Source: the human T2T-CHM13v2.0 reference genome, Homo sapiens. Taken from it: a stretch of DNA of 64,000 nucleotides. This document shows positions 12,401 to 26,600 of the stretch, piece after piece; within the stretch, counting starts at the first letter, position 1, and the number at the start of each line of letters is the position of its first letter. The notes beneath the pieces are model-generated. The model made no database searches, was not told the DNA's origin, and saw only the letters and a program-made list of their open reading frames with translations. The position numbers and the translations under genes are program-made. The stretch lies in NCBI RefSeq assembly GCF_009914755.1, contig NC_060948.1, one strand, 5' to 3'.

Positions 12401-15400
12401 AATGAAATCGCATAGAATGGAGTGGAATCAAATGGAATTGAATCGAAAGGAAAGGAAGCGAATGGACTGAAATGAAATGGAATGGAATTGAATGGAAAGT
12501 AATGCAATGGAATAGAATGGAACGAAATTTCACGGAATGGAATCAAACTGAATGGAATCAAATCAATGGAATCTAATCAAATGGAATGGAAAGGAATTGA
12601 ATGGAGTAGATTGGATTGGATGGGATTGGAATGAAATGTACTGGAAAGGACTCGAATTTCATGAAACGGAATGGAATGAATTGGAACGGAATGGACTCGA
12701 ATGGAATGGAATGTCATGGAATGGCATCAAATGGAATGGCATCAAATGGAATGGAATCGAATGCAATGGAATGCTATGGAATGGAATGGAATGCATTGGA
12801 ATGGAATGTCCTCTAATGGAATGGATTCGAGTGGAATGGAATCGAATATAATGGAGTCGAATGAAATGGAATTGAAAGGAATGGGATCGAATACAATGGA
12901 ATATACTGGAATGTAATGTAATGAACTCGAATGTAATTGACTGGAATGGAATGTACATGAATGGAAGGTAATCGAATGGAAAGTAATCCAATGGAATAGA
13001 ATCTAATGCAATAAAACCGACTGAGATAGAGTAGAATGTAATGGAATGGAGTGCAGTGCAATGGAATGGAATGGAATGGAATGCAATGGAATGGAATGGA
13101 ATGGAATGGAATGGAATGGAATGGAATGGAATGGAATGGGATGGAATGGTATGGAATGGATAGTAATGGACTGGAGTGAAATGGACTGGAAAGGAATGGA
13201 CTCAAATTGAAAGGGCTCGAAAGGAATGGAGTCAAATGGAATGGTCTGGAATGGAATGAACACGAATGTAATGCAATCCAATAGAATGGAATCGAATGGC
13301 ATGGAATATAAAGAAATGGAATCGGAGGGAATGGAAACAAATGGAATGGAATTGAATGGAATGGAATTGAATGGAATGGGAACGAATGGAGTGAAATTGT
13401 ATGCAGTAGAAGGGAATAGAATGGAATGCAAGCGAAAGGAAAGGAATGGATTGGAATGGAATGGAATTCATTGGAATGGAAGGGAATGTAGTGTAATGGA
13501 CAGGCCTGGAATAAAGTGGAATGCTACGGTCTCGAATGGAATAAAAATGTATGGAATGGAATGCAATGAAATGGAATCGAATGTCATAGAATGTAATGGA
13601 ATGCAACAAAATGGAATCCAAAATCATTGACTGGAAAGGCTGGGTGTCGAAAGGAATTGACTCCAATGGAATGGAATCGAATGGAATGGAAGTGAATAGA
13701 ATCGAACTAAATCGAATGGAATGGAATTGATAGGAACGGAATGGAAAGGAATGCAATGATTTGGCATGGAATGGAATCGAATGGCATCGAATGGAATGGA
13801 ATGGAATGCAATGGAATGGAATGTATTAGAATGTAATGAACTTTAATGGAATGTACTCGAATGGATTCGACTGGAATGGAATGTTCTGGAAGTGAATGGA
13901 CTCCAATGGAATGGATTCCAAAGGAATGGAATCGTACGGAATGGAATGTAATGGAATGGAATTAAATGGAAATGAATCAAATTGAATAGCACGGAATTGA
14001 ATTGAATGGAATGGAATGCAATGGAATCTAATGAAACGGAAAGGAAAGGAATGGAATGGAATGGAATGGGCTGGAATGGAAAGGAATCGAAACGAATGGA
14101 ATGGAATCGAACTGAAGAGACTGGAATGGAATGCACTGGAATGGAAGGGAGTGTAATGGAAGGTTCTCGAAAAAAATGGAATCGAATGGAATGGAATTGA
14201 ATGGAACGGAATAGAGTCGAATGGAATTGAATGGAATGGAATGGACTAGAGTGAAATGGAATCGAACCACAAGGAATGGACAGGAATAGAATGGTCTCGA
14301 ATTGAATGGAATCGTATGGAATGGCATCAAACGGAATGGAATGGACAGCCACGGAATGGAATGCACTCGAATGCAATGGAGTCGAAACTAATGGACTGGA
14401 ATAGAATGGACTCGACTGGTACGGACTCCAATGGAATGGAATCGAATGGAAGGGAATCGAACGGAATGGACTCGAAGGGAAAAGACTGCAATGGAAAGGT
14501 CTCGAATGGAATGGAAATTAATGGAATGGAATGGAATCGAATGAAATGGAGTCAAAAGAAATGGAATCGAATGGCAAGAAATCGAATGTAATGGAATCGC
14601 AAGGAATTGATGTGAACGGAACGGAATGGAATGGAATCCAAAGGAATGGAATAGAATGGAATGGAATCGAATGGAAAGGACTCGAATGGAAATCACTCGA
14701 ATAGAATGCAATTTAATAAAATAGGATCAAATGTAATGGAATGGAATGGAAAGGAATCGAAACGAAAGGAATGGAGACAGATGGAATGGAATGGAACAGA
14801 GAGCAATGGTATAGAATGGAATGGAATCATCTGGAATGGAATTGAATGGAATGGAATAATATGAAATGGAATGGAATGGAATGGAATGGAATGCCCTTGA
14901 ATTAAATGGACTGGACTCGAACAGAGTGGAATGGAAAGTGTTGAGATAGAATGGAATGGACTCCTTTGGAATGGTGTAGTATGCAATGCAATCGACTGGC
15001 AGGGAATCAAAAGGAATGTAATCGAATGGATTGGACTGGAATGCAATGGACTCGAATAGATTGGAAACGGAATGCAAAGGAATGGAATGGAATAGTATGG
15101 AATGGAATGGAAAGGAATGGAGTGGAATAGACTAGAGTGGAATGGAATGGACTGGAAAGCAATGGACTGGAATGGAACTTTCTTGAATGGACTGGAATCA
15201 AACGGAATGGAATGCAATACAATCAAATGGCATGGAATAAAGTAGAATGAAAGAGAATCAAATGGAATTGAATCGAATGGAATCGAATGGATTGGAAAGG
15301 AATAGAATGGAATGGAATGGAATGGACTCAAATGGAATGGACTAGAATGGAATGGATTCGAATGGAAGGCAAAGGAATGGAATCTATTGGAATGGACTGT

Positions 15401-18400
15401 AATGGAATGGAATGGAAGGGATTGGAATGGACTCGAATGGAATGGACGGCAATAGAAAGGATTCGAATGGAATGAAAAAGAATTGAATGGAATAGAACAG
15501 AATGGAATCAAATCGAATGAAATGGAATGGAATAGAAAGGAATGGAATGAAATGGAATGGAAAGGATTCGAATGGAATGCAATCGAATGGAATGGAATCG
15601 AACGGAATGGAATAAAATGGAAGAAAACTGGCAAGAAATGGAATCGAAATGAATGGAGTGTTATGGAACGGACTCAAAAGGAATTGAATGTAATAGAATG
15701 GAGTGGAGTGGACTCGAATATAATGGACTGGAATGGAATGAAATCACATGGAATGGGAACGAATGGAATGGAATGGAAAGGAATGGAATCGAATGGAAAG
15801 GAATCGAATGGAAGGGAATGAAATTGAATCAACAGGAATGGAAGGGAATAGAATAGACGGTAATGGAATGGACTCGAATAGAATGGACACGAATGCTCAA
15901 ATTGAATGGACTCGAATGGAATGGAAATGAAAGGAATGTCATCGAATGGAATTGAATCGATTGGAATGAAATCGCATAGAATGGAGTGGAATCAAATGGA
16001 ATTGAATCGAAAGGAAAGGAAGCGAATGGACTGAAATGAAATGGAATGGAATTGAATGGAAAGTAATGCAATGGAATAGAATGGAACGAAATTTCACGGA
16101 ATGGAATCAAACTGAATGGAATCAAATCAATGGAATCAAATCAAATGGAATGGAAAGGAATTGAATGGAGTAGATTGGATTGGATGGGATTGGAATGAAA
16201 TGTACTGGAAAGGACTCGAATTTCATGAAACGGAATGGAATGAATTGGAACGGAATGGACTCGAATGGAATGGAATGTCATGGAATGGCATCAAATGGAA
16301 TGGCATCAAATGGAATGGAATCGAATGCAATGGAATGCTATGGAATGGAATGGAATGCATTGGAATGGAATGTCCTCTAATGGAATGGATTCGAGTGGAA
16401 TGGAATCGAATATAATGGAGTCGAATGAAATGGAATTGAAAGGAATGGGATCGAATACAATGGAATATACTGGAATGTAATGTAATGAACTCGAATGTAA
16501 TTGACTGGAATGGAATGTACATGAATGGAATGTAATCGAATGGAAAGTAATCCAATGGAATAGAATCTAATGCAATAAAACCGACACAGATAGAGTAGAA
16601 TGTAATGGAATGGAGTGCAGTGCAATGGAAGGGAATGGAATTGAATGCAATGGAATGGAATGGAATGGAATGGAATGGAATGGAATGGAATGGAATGGAA
16701 TGGGATGGAATGGTATGGAATGGATAGTAATGGACTGGAGTGAAATGGACTGGAAAGGAATGGACTCAAATTGAAAGGGCTCGAAAGGAATGGAGTCAAA
16801 TGGAATGGTCTGGAATGGAATGAACACGAATGTAATGCAATCCAATAGAATGGAATCGAATGGCATGGAATATAAAGAAATGGAATCGAAGAGAATGGAA
16901 ACAAATGGAATGGAATTGAATGGAATGGAATTGAATGGAATGGGAACGAATGGAGTGAAATTGTATGCAGTAGAAGGGAATAGAATGGAATGCAAGCGAA
17001 AGGAAAGGAATGGATTGGAATGGAATGGAATTCATTGGAATGGAAGGGAATGTAGTGTAATGGACAGGCCTGGAATAAAGTGGAATGCTACGGTCTCGAA
17101 TGGAATAAAAATGTATGGAATGGAATGCAATGAAACGGAATCGAATGTCATAGAATGTAATGGAATGCAAAAAAATGGAATCCAAAATCATTGACTGGAA
17201 AGGCTGGGTGTCGAAAGGAATTGACTCCAATGGAATGGAATCGAATGGAATGGAAGTGAATAGAATCGAACTAAATCGAATGGAATGGAATTGATAGGAA
17301 CGGAATGGAAAGGAATGCAATGATTTGGCATGGAATGGAATCGAATGGCATCGAATGGAATGGAATGGAATGCAATGGAATGGAATGTATTAGAATGTAA
17401 TGAACTTTAATGGAATGTACTCGAATGGATTCGACTGGAATGGAATGTTCTGGAAGTGAATGGACTCCAATGGAATGGATTCCAAAGGAATGGAATCGTA
17501 CGGAATGGAATCTAATGGAATGGAATTAAATGGAAATGAATCAAATTGAATAGCACGGAATTGAATTGAATGGAATGGAATGCAATGGAATCTAATGAAA
17601 CGGAAAGGAAAGGAATGGAATGGAATGGAATGGGCTGGAATGGAAAGGAATCGAAACGAATGGAATGGAATCGAACTGAAGAGACTGGAATGGAATGCAC
17701 TGGAATGGAAGGGAGTGTAATGGAAGGTTCTCGAAAAAAATGGAATCGAATGGAATGGAATTGAATGGAACGGAATAGAGTCGAATGGAATTGAATGGAA
17801 TGGAATGGACTAGAGTGAAATGGAATCGAACCACAAGGAATGGACAGGAATAGAATGGTCTCGAATTGAATGGAATCGTATGGAATGGCATCAAACGGAA
17901 TGGAATGGACAGCCACGGAATGGAATGCACTCGAATGCAATGGAGTCGAAACTAATGGACTGGAATAGAATGGACTCGACTGGTACGGACTCCAATGGAA
18001 TGGAATCGAATGGAAGGGAATCGAACGGAATGGACTCGAAGGGAAAAGACTGCAATGGAAAGGTCTCGAATGGAATGGAAATTAATGGAATCGAATGGAA
18101 TCGAATGAAATGGAGTCAAAAGGAATGGAATCGAATGGCAAGAAATCGAATGTAATGGAATCGCAAGGAATTGATGTGAACGGAACGGAATGGAATGGAA
18201 TCCAAAGGAATGGAATAGAATGGAATGGAATCGAATGGAAAGGACTCGAATGGCAATCACTCGAATAGAATGCAATTTAATAAAATAGGATCAAATGTAA
18301 TGGAATGGAATGGAAAGGAATCGAAACGAAAGGAATGGAGACAGATGGAATGGAATGGAACAGAGAGCAATGGTATAGAATGGAATGGAATCATCTGGAA

Positions 18401-21400
18401 TGGAATTGAATGGAATGGAATAATATGAAATGGAATGGAATGGAATGGAATGGAATGCCCTTGAATTAAATGGACTGGAATGGAATGGACTCGAACAGAG
18501 TGGAATGGAAAGTGTTGAGATAGAATGGAATGGACTCCTTTGGAATGGTCTAGTATGCAATGCAATCGACTGGCAGGGAATCAAAAGGAATGTAATCGAA
18601 TGGATTGGACTGGAATGCAATGGACTCGAATAGATTGGAAACGGGATGCAAAGGAATGGAATGGAATAGTATGGAATGGAATGGAAAGGAATTGAGTGGA
18701 ATAGACTAGAGTGGAATGGAATGGACTGGAAAGCAATGGACTGGAATGGAACTTTCTTGAATGGACTGGAATCAAACGGAATGGAATGCAATGCAATCAA
18801 ATGGCATGGAATAAAATAGAATGAAAGAGAATCAAATGGAATTGAATCGAATGGAATCGAATGGATTGGAAAGGAATAGAATGGAATGGAATGGAATGGA
18901 CTCAAATGGAATGGACTAGAATGGAATGGATTCGAATGGAAGGCAAAGGAATGGAATCTATTGGAATGGACTGTAATGGAATGGAATGGAAGGGATTGGA
19001 ATGGACTCGAATGGAATGGACTGCAATAGAAAGGATTCGAATGGAATGAAATAGAATTGAATGGAATAGAACAGAATGGAATCAAATCGAATGAAATGGA
19101 ATGGAATAGAAAGGAATGGAATGAAATGGAATGGAAAGGATTCGAATGGAATGCAATCGAATGGAATGGAATCGAACGGAATGGAATAAAATGGAAGAAA
19201 ACTGGCAAGAAATGGAATCGAAATGAATGGAGTGTTATGGAACGGACTCAAAAGGAATTGAATGTAATAGAATGGAGTGGAGTGGACTCGAATATAATGG
19301 ACTGGAATGGAATGAAATCACATGGAATGGGAACGAATGGAATGGAATGGAAAGGAATGGAATCGAATGGAAAGGAATCGAATGGAAGGGAATGAAATTG
19401 AATCAACAGGAATGGAAGGGAATAGAATAGACGGTAATGGAATGGACTCGAATAGAATGGACACGAATGCTCAAATTGAATGGACTCGAATGGAATGGAA
19501 ACGAAAGGAATGTCATCGAATGGAATTGAATCGATTGGAATGAAATCGCATAGAATGGAGTGGAATCAAATGGAATTGAATCGAAAGGAAAGGAAGCGAA
19601 TGGACTGAAATGAAATGGAATGGAATTGAATGGAAAGTAATGCAATGGAATAGAATGGAACGAAATTTCACGGAATGGAATCAAACTGAATGGAATCAAA
19701 TCAATGGAATCTAATCAAATGGAATGGAAAGGAATTGAATGGAGTAGATTGGATTGGATGGGATTGGAATGAAATGTACTGGAAAGGACTCGAATTTCAT
19801 GAAACGGAATGGAATGAATTGGAACGGAATGGACTCGAATGGAATGGAATGTCATGGAATGGCATCAAATGGAATGGCATCAAATGGAATGGAATCGAAT
19901 GCAATGGAATGCTATGGAATGGAATGGAATGCATTGGAATGGAATGTCCTCTAATGGAATGGATTCGAGTGGAATGGAATCGAATATAATGGAGTCGAAT
20001 GAAATGGAATTGAAAGGAATGGGATCGAATACAATGGAATATACTGGAATGTAATGTAATGAACTCGAATGTAATTGACTGGAATGGAATGTACATGAAT
20101 GGAAGGTAATCGAATGGAAAGTAATCCAATGGAATAGAATCTAATGCAATAAAACCGACTGAGATAGAGTAGAATGTAATGGAATGGAGTGCAGTGCAAT
20201 GGAATGGAATGGAATTGAATGCAATGGAATGGAATGGAATGGAATGGAATGGAATGGAATGGGATGGAATGGTATGGAATGGATAGTAATGGACTGGAGT
20301 GAAATGGACTGGAAAGGAATGGACTCAAATTGAAAGGGCTCGAAAGGAATGGAGTCAAATGGAATGGTCTGGAATGGAATGAACACGAATGTAATGCAAT
20401 CCAATAGAATGGAATCGAATGGCATGGAATATAAAGAAATGGAATCGGAGGGAATGGAAACAAATGGAATGGAATTGAATGGAATGGAATTGAATGGAAT
20501 GGGAACGAATGGAGTGAAATTGTATGCAGTAGAAGGGAATAGAATGGAATGCAAGCGAAAGGAAAGGAATGGATTGGAATGGAATGGAATTCATTGGAAT
20601 GGAAGGGAATGTAGTGTAATGGACAGGCCTGGAATAAAGTGGAATGCTACGGTCTCGAATGGAATAAAAATGTATGGATTGGAATGCAATGAAATGGAAT
20701 CGAATGTCATAGAATGTAATGGAATGCAACAAAATGGAATCCAAAATCATTGACTGGAAAGGCTGGGTGTCGAAAGGAATTGACTCCAATGGAATGGAAT
20801 CGAATGGAATGGAAGTGAATAGAATCGAACTAAATCGAATGGAATGGAATTGATAGGAACGGAATGGAAAGGAATGCAATGATTTGGCATGGAATGGAAT
20901 CGAATGGCATCGAATGGAATGGAATGGAATGCAATGGAATGGAATGTATTAGAATGTAATGAACTTTAATGGAATGTACTCGAATGGATTCGACTGGAAT
21001 GGAATGTTCTGGAAGTGAATGGACTCCAATGGAATGGATTCCAAAGGAATGGAATCGTACGGAATGGAATCTAATGGAATGGAATTAAATGGAAATGAAT
21101 CAAATTGAATAGCATGGAATTGAATTGAATGGAATGGAATGCAATGGAATCTAATGAAACGGAAAGGAAAGGAATGGAATGGAATGGAATGGGCTGGAAT
21201 GGAAAGGAATCGAAACGAATGGAATGGAATCGAACTGAAGAGACTGGAATGGAATGCACTGGAATGGAAGGGAGTGTAATGGAAGGTTCTCGAAAAAAAT
21301 GGAATCGAATGGAATGGAATTGAATGGAACGGAATAGAGTCGAATGGAATTGAATGGAATGGAATGGACTAGAGTGAAATGGAATCGAACCACAAGGAAT

Positions 21401-23699
21401 GGAGAGGAATAGAATGGTCTCGAATTGAATGGAATCGTATGGAATGGCATCAAACGGAATGGAATGGACAGCCACGGAATGGAATGCACTCGAATGCAAT
21501 GGAGTCGAAACGAATGGACTGGAATAGAATGGACTCGACTGGTACGGACTCCAATGGAATGGAATCGAATGGAAGGGAATCGAACGGAATGGACTCGAAG
21601 GGAAAAGACTGCAATGGAAAGGTCTCGAATGGAATGGAAATTAATGGAATGGAATGGAATCGAATGAAATGGAGTCAAAAGGAATGGAATCGAATGGCAA
21701 GAAATCGAATGTAATGGAATCGCAAGGAATTGATGTGAACGGAACGGAATGGAATGGAATCCAAAGGAATGGAATAGAATGGAATGGAATCGAATGGAAA
21801 GGACTCGAATGGAAATCACTCGAATAGAATGCAATTTAATAAAATAGGATCAAATGTAATGGAATGGAATGGAAAGGAATCGAAACGAAAGGAATGGAGA
21901 CAGATGGAATGGAATGGAACAGAGAGCAATGGTATAGAATGGAATGGAATCATCTGGAATGGAATTGAATGGAATGGAATAATATGAAATGGAATGGAAT
22001 GGAATGGAATGGAATGCCCTTGAATTAAATGGACTGGACTCGAACAGAGTGGAATGGAAAGTGTTGAGATAGAATGGAATGGACTCCTTTGGAATGGTGT
22101 AGTATGCAATGCAATCGACTGGCATGGAATCAAAAGGAATGTAATGGAATGGATTGGACTGGAATGCAATGGACTCGAATAGATTGGAAACGGAATGCAA
22201 AGGAATGGAATGGAATAGTATGGAATTTAATGGAAAGGAATGGAGTGGAATAGACTAGAGTGGAATGGAATGGACTGGAAAGCAATGGACTGGAATGGAA
22301 CATTCTTGAATGGACTGGAATCAAACGGAATGGAATGCAATGCAATCAAATGGCATGGAATAAAATAGAATGAAAGAGAATCAAATGGAATTGAATCGAA
22401 TGGAATCGAATGGATTGGAAAGGAATAGAATGGAATGGAATGGAATTGACTCAAATGGAATGGACTAGAATGGAATGGATTCGAATGCAAGGCAAAGGAA
22501 TGGAATCTACTGGAATGGACTGTAATGGAATGGAATGGAAGGGATTGGAATGGACTCGAATGGAATGGACTGCAATAGAAAGGATTCGAATGGAATGAAA
22601 TAGAATTGAATGGAATAGAACAGAATGGAATCAAATCGAATGAAATGGAATGGAATAGAAAGGAATGGAATGAAATGGAATGGAAAGGATTCGAATGGAA
22701 TGCAATCGAATGGAATGGAATCGAACGGAATGGAATAAAATGGAAGAAAACTGGCAAGAAATGGAATCGAAATGAATGGAGTGTTATGGAACGGACTCAA
22801 AAGGAATTGAATGTAATAGAATGGAGTGGAGTGGACTCGAATATAATGGACTGGAATGGAATGAAATCACATGGAATGGGAACGAATGGAATGGAATGGA
22901 AAGGAATGGAATCGAATGGAAAGGAATCGAATGGAAGGGAATGAAATTGAATCAACAGGAATGGAAGGGAATAGAATAGACGGTAATGGAATGGACTCGA
23001 ATAGAATGGACACGAATGCTCAAATTGAATGGACTCGAATGGAATGGAAACGAAAGGAATGTCATCGAATGGAATTGAATCGATTGGAATGAAATCGCAT
23101 AGAATGGAGTGGAATCAAATGGAATTGAATCGAAAGGAAAGGAAGCGAATGGACTGAAATGAAATGGAATGGAATGAATGGAAAGTAATGCAATGGAATA
23201 GAATGGAACGAAATTTCACGGAATGGAATCAAACTGAATGGAATCAAATCAATGGAATCAAATCAAATGGAATGGAAAGGAATTGAATGGAGTAGATTGG
23301 ATTGGATGGGATTGGAATGAAATGTACTGGAAAGGACTCGAATTTCATGAAACGGAATGGAATGAATTGGAACGGAATGGACTCGAATGGAATGGAATGT
23401 CATGGAATGGCATCAAATGGAATGGCATCAAATGGAATGGAATCGAATGCAATGGAATGCTATGGAATGGAATGGAATGCATTGGAATGGAATGTCCTCT
23501 AATGGAATGGATTCGAGTGGAATGGAATCGAATATAATGGAGTCGAATGAAATGGAATTGAAAGGAATGGGATCGAATACAATGGAATATACTGGAATGT
23601 AATGTAATGAACTCGAATGTAATTGACTGGAATGGAATGTACATGAATGGAATGTAATCGAATGGAAAGTAATCCAATGGAATAGAATCTAATGCAATA

Positions 23700-26600
23700 A
23701 AATCGACTCAGATAGAGTAGAATGTAATGGAATGGAGTGCAGTGCAATGCAATGGAATGGAATGGAATGCAATGGAATGGAATGGAATGCAATGGAATGG
23801 AATGGAATGGAATGGAATGGAATGGTGTGGAATGGATAGTAATGGACTGGAGTGAAATGGACTGGAAAGGAATGGACTCAAATTGAAAGGGCTCGAAAGG
23901 AATGGAGTCAAATGGAATGGTCTGGAATGGAATGAACACGAATGTAATGCAATCCAATAGAATGGAATCGAATGGCATGGAATATAAAGAAATGGAATCG
24001 AAGAGAATGGAAACAAATGGAATGGAATTGAGTGGAATGGAATTGAATGGAATGGGAACGAATGGAGTGAAATTGTATGCAGTAGAAGGGAATAGAATGG
24101 AATGCAAGCGAAAGGAAAGGAATGGATTGGAATGGAATGGAATTCATTGGAATGGAAGGGAATGTAGTGTAATGGACAGGTCTGGAATAAAGTGGAATGC
24201 TACGGTCTCAATGGAATAAAAATGTATGGAATGGAATGCAATGAAACGGAATCGAATGTCATAGAATGTAATGGAATGCAGAAAAATGGAATCCAAAATC
24301 ATTGACTGGAAAGGCTGGGTGTCGAAAGGAATTGACTCCAATGGAATGGAATCGAATGGAATGGAAGTGAATAGAATCGAACTAAATCGAATGGAATGGA
24401 ATTGATAGGAACGGAATGGAAAGGAATGCAATGATTTGGCATGGAATGGAATCGAATGGCATCGAATGGAATGGAATGGAATGCAATGGAATGGAATGTA
24501 TTAGAATGAAATGAACTTTAATGGAATGTACTCGAATGGATTCGACTGGAATGGAATGTTCTGGAAGTGAATGGACTCCAATGGAATGGATTCAAAAGGA
24601 ATGGAATCGTACGGAATGGAATCTAATGGAATGGAATTAAATGGAAATGAATCAAATTGAATAGCACGGAATTGAATTGAATGGAATGGAATGCAATGGA
24701 ATCTAATGAAGCGGAAAGGAAAGGAATGGAATGGAATGGAATGGACTGGAATGGAAAGGAATCGAAACGAATGGAATGGAATCGAACTGAAGAGACTGGA
24801 ATGGAATGCACTGGAATGGAAGGGAGTGTAATGGAAGGTTCTCGAAAAAAATGGAATCGAATGGAATGGAATTGAATGGAACGGAATAGAGTCGAATGGA
24901 ATTGAATGGAATGGAATGGACTAGAGTGAAATGGAATCGAACCACAAGGAATGGACATGAATAGAATGGTCTCGAATTGAATGGAATCGTATGGAATGGC
25001 ATCAAACGGAATGGAATGGACAGCCACGGAATGGAATGCACTCGAATGCAATGGAGTCGAAACTAATGGACTGGAATAGAATGGACTCGACTGGTACGGA
25101 CTCCAATGGAATGGAATCGAATGGAAGGGAATCGAACGGAATGGACTCGAAGGGAAAAGACTGCAATGGAAAGGTCTCGAATGGAATGGAAATTAATGGA
25201 ATGGAATGGAATCGAATGAAATGGAGTCAAAAGGAATGGAATCGAATGGCAAGAAATCGAATGTAATGGAATCGCAAGGAATTGATGTGAACGGAACGGA
25301 ATGGAATGGAATCCAAAGGAATGGAATAGAATGGAATGGAATCGAATGGAAAGGACTAGAATGGAAATCACTCGAATAGAATGCAATTTAATAAAATAGG
25401 ATCAAATGTAATGGAATGGAATGGAAGGGAATCGAAACGAAAGGAATGGAGACAGATGGAATGGAATGGAAGAGAGAGCAATGGTATAGAATGGAATGGA
25501 ATCATCTGGAACGGAATTGAATGGAATGGAATAATATGAAATGGAATGGAATGGAATGGAATGGAATGCCCTTGAATTAAATGGACTGGAATGGAATGGA
25601 CTCGAACAGAGTGGAATGGAAAGTGTTGAGATAGAATGGAATGGACTCCTTTGGAATGGTGTAGTATGCAATGCAATCGACTGGCTGGGAATCAAAAGGA
25701 ATGTAATCGAATGGATTGGACTGGAATGCAATGGACTCGAATAGATTGGAAACGGAATGCAAAGGAATGGAATGGAATAGTATGGAATGGAATGGAAAGG
25801 AATGGAGTGGAATAGACTAGAGTGGAATGGAATGGACTGGAAAGCAATGGACTGGAATGGAACTTTCTTGAATGGACTGGAATCAAACGGAATGGAATGC
25901 AATGCAATCAAATGGCATGGAATAAAATAGAATGAAAGAGAATCAAATGGAATTGAATCGAATGGAATCGAATGGATTGGAAAGGAATAGAATGGAATGG
26001 AATGGAATTGACTCAAATGGAATGGACTAGAATGGAATGGATTCGAATGGAAGGCAAAGGAATGGAATCTATTGGAATGGACTGTAATGGAATGGAATGG
26101 AAGGGATTGGAATGGACTCGAATGGAATGGACTGCAATAGAAAGGATTCGAATGGAATGAAAAAGAATTGAATGGAATAGAACAGAATGGAATCAAATCG
26201 AATGAAATGGAATGGAATAGAAAGGAATGGAATGAAATGGAATGGAAAGGATTCGAATGGAATGCAATCGAATGGAATGGAATCGAACGGAATGGAATAA
26301 AATGGAAGAAAACTGGCAAGAAATGGAATCGAAATGAATGGAGTGTTATGGAACGGACTCAAAAGGAATTGAATGTAATAGAATGGAGTGGAGTGGACTC
26401 GAATATAATGGACTGGAATGGAATGAAATCACATGGAATGGGAACGAATGGAATGGAATGGAAAGGAATGGAATCGAATGGAAAGGAATCGAATGGAAGG
26501 GAATGAAATTGAATCAACAGGAATGGAAGGGAATAGAATAGACGTTAATGGAATGGACTCGAATAGAATGGACAGGAATGCTCAAATTGAATGGACTCGA

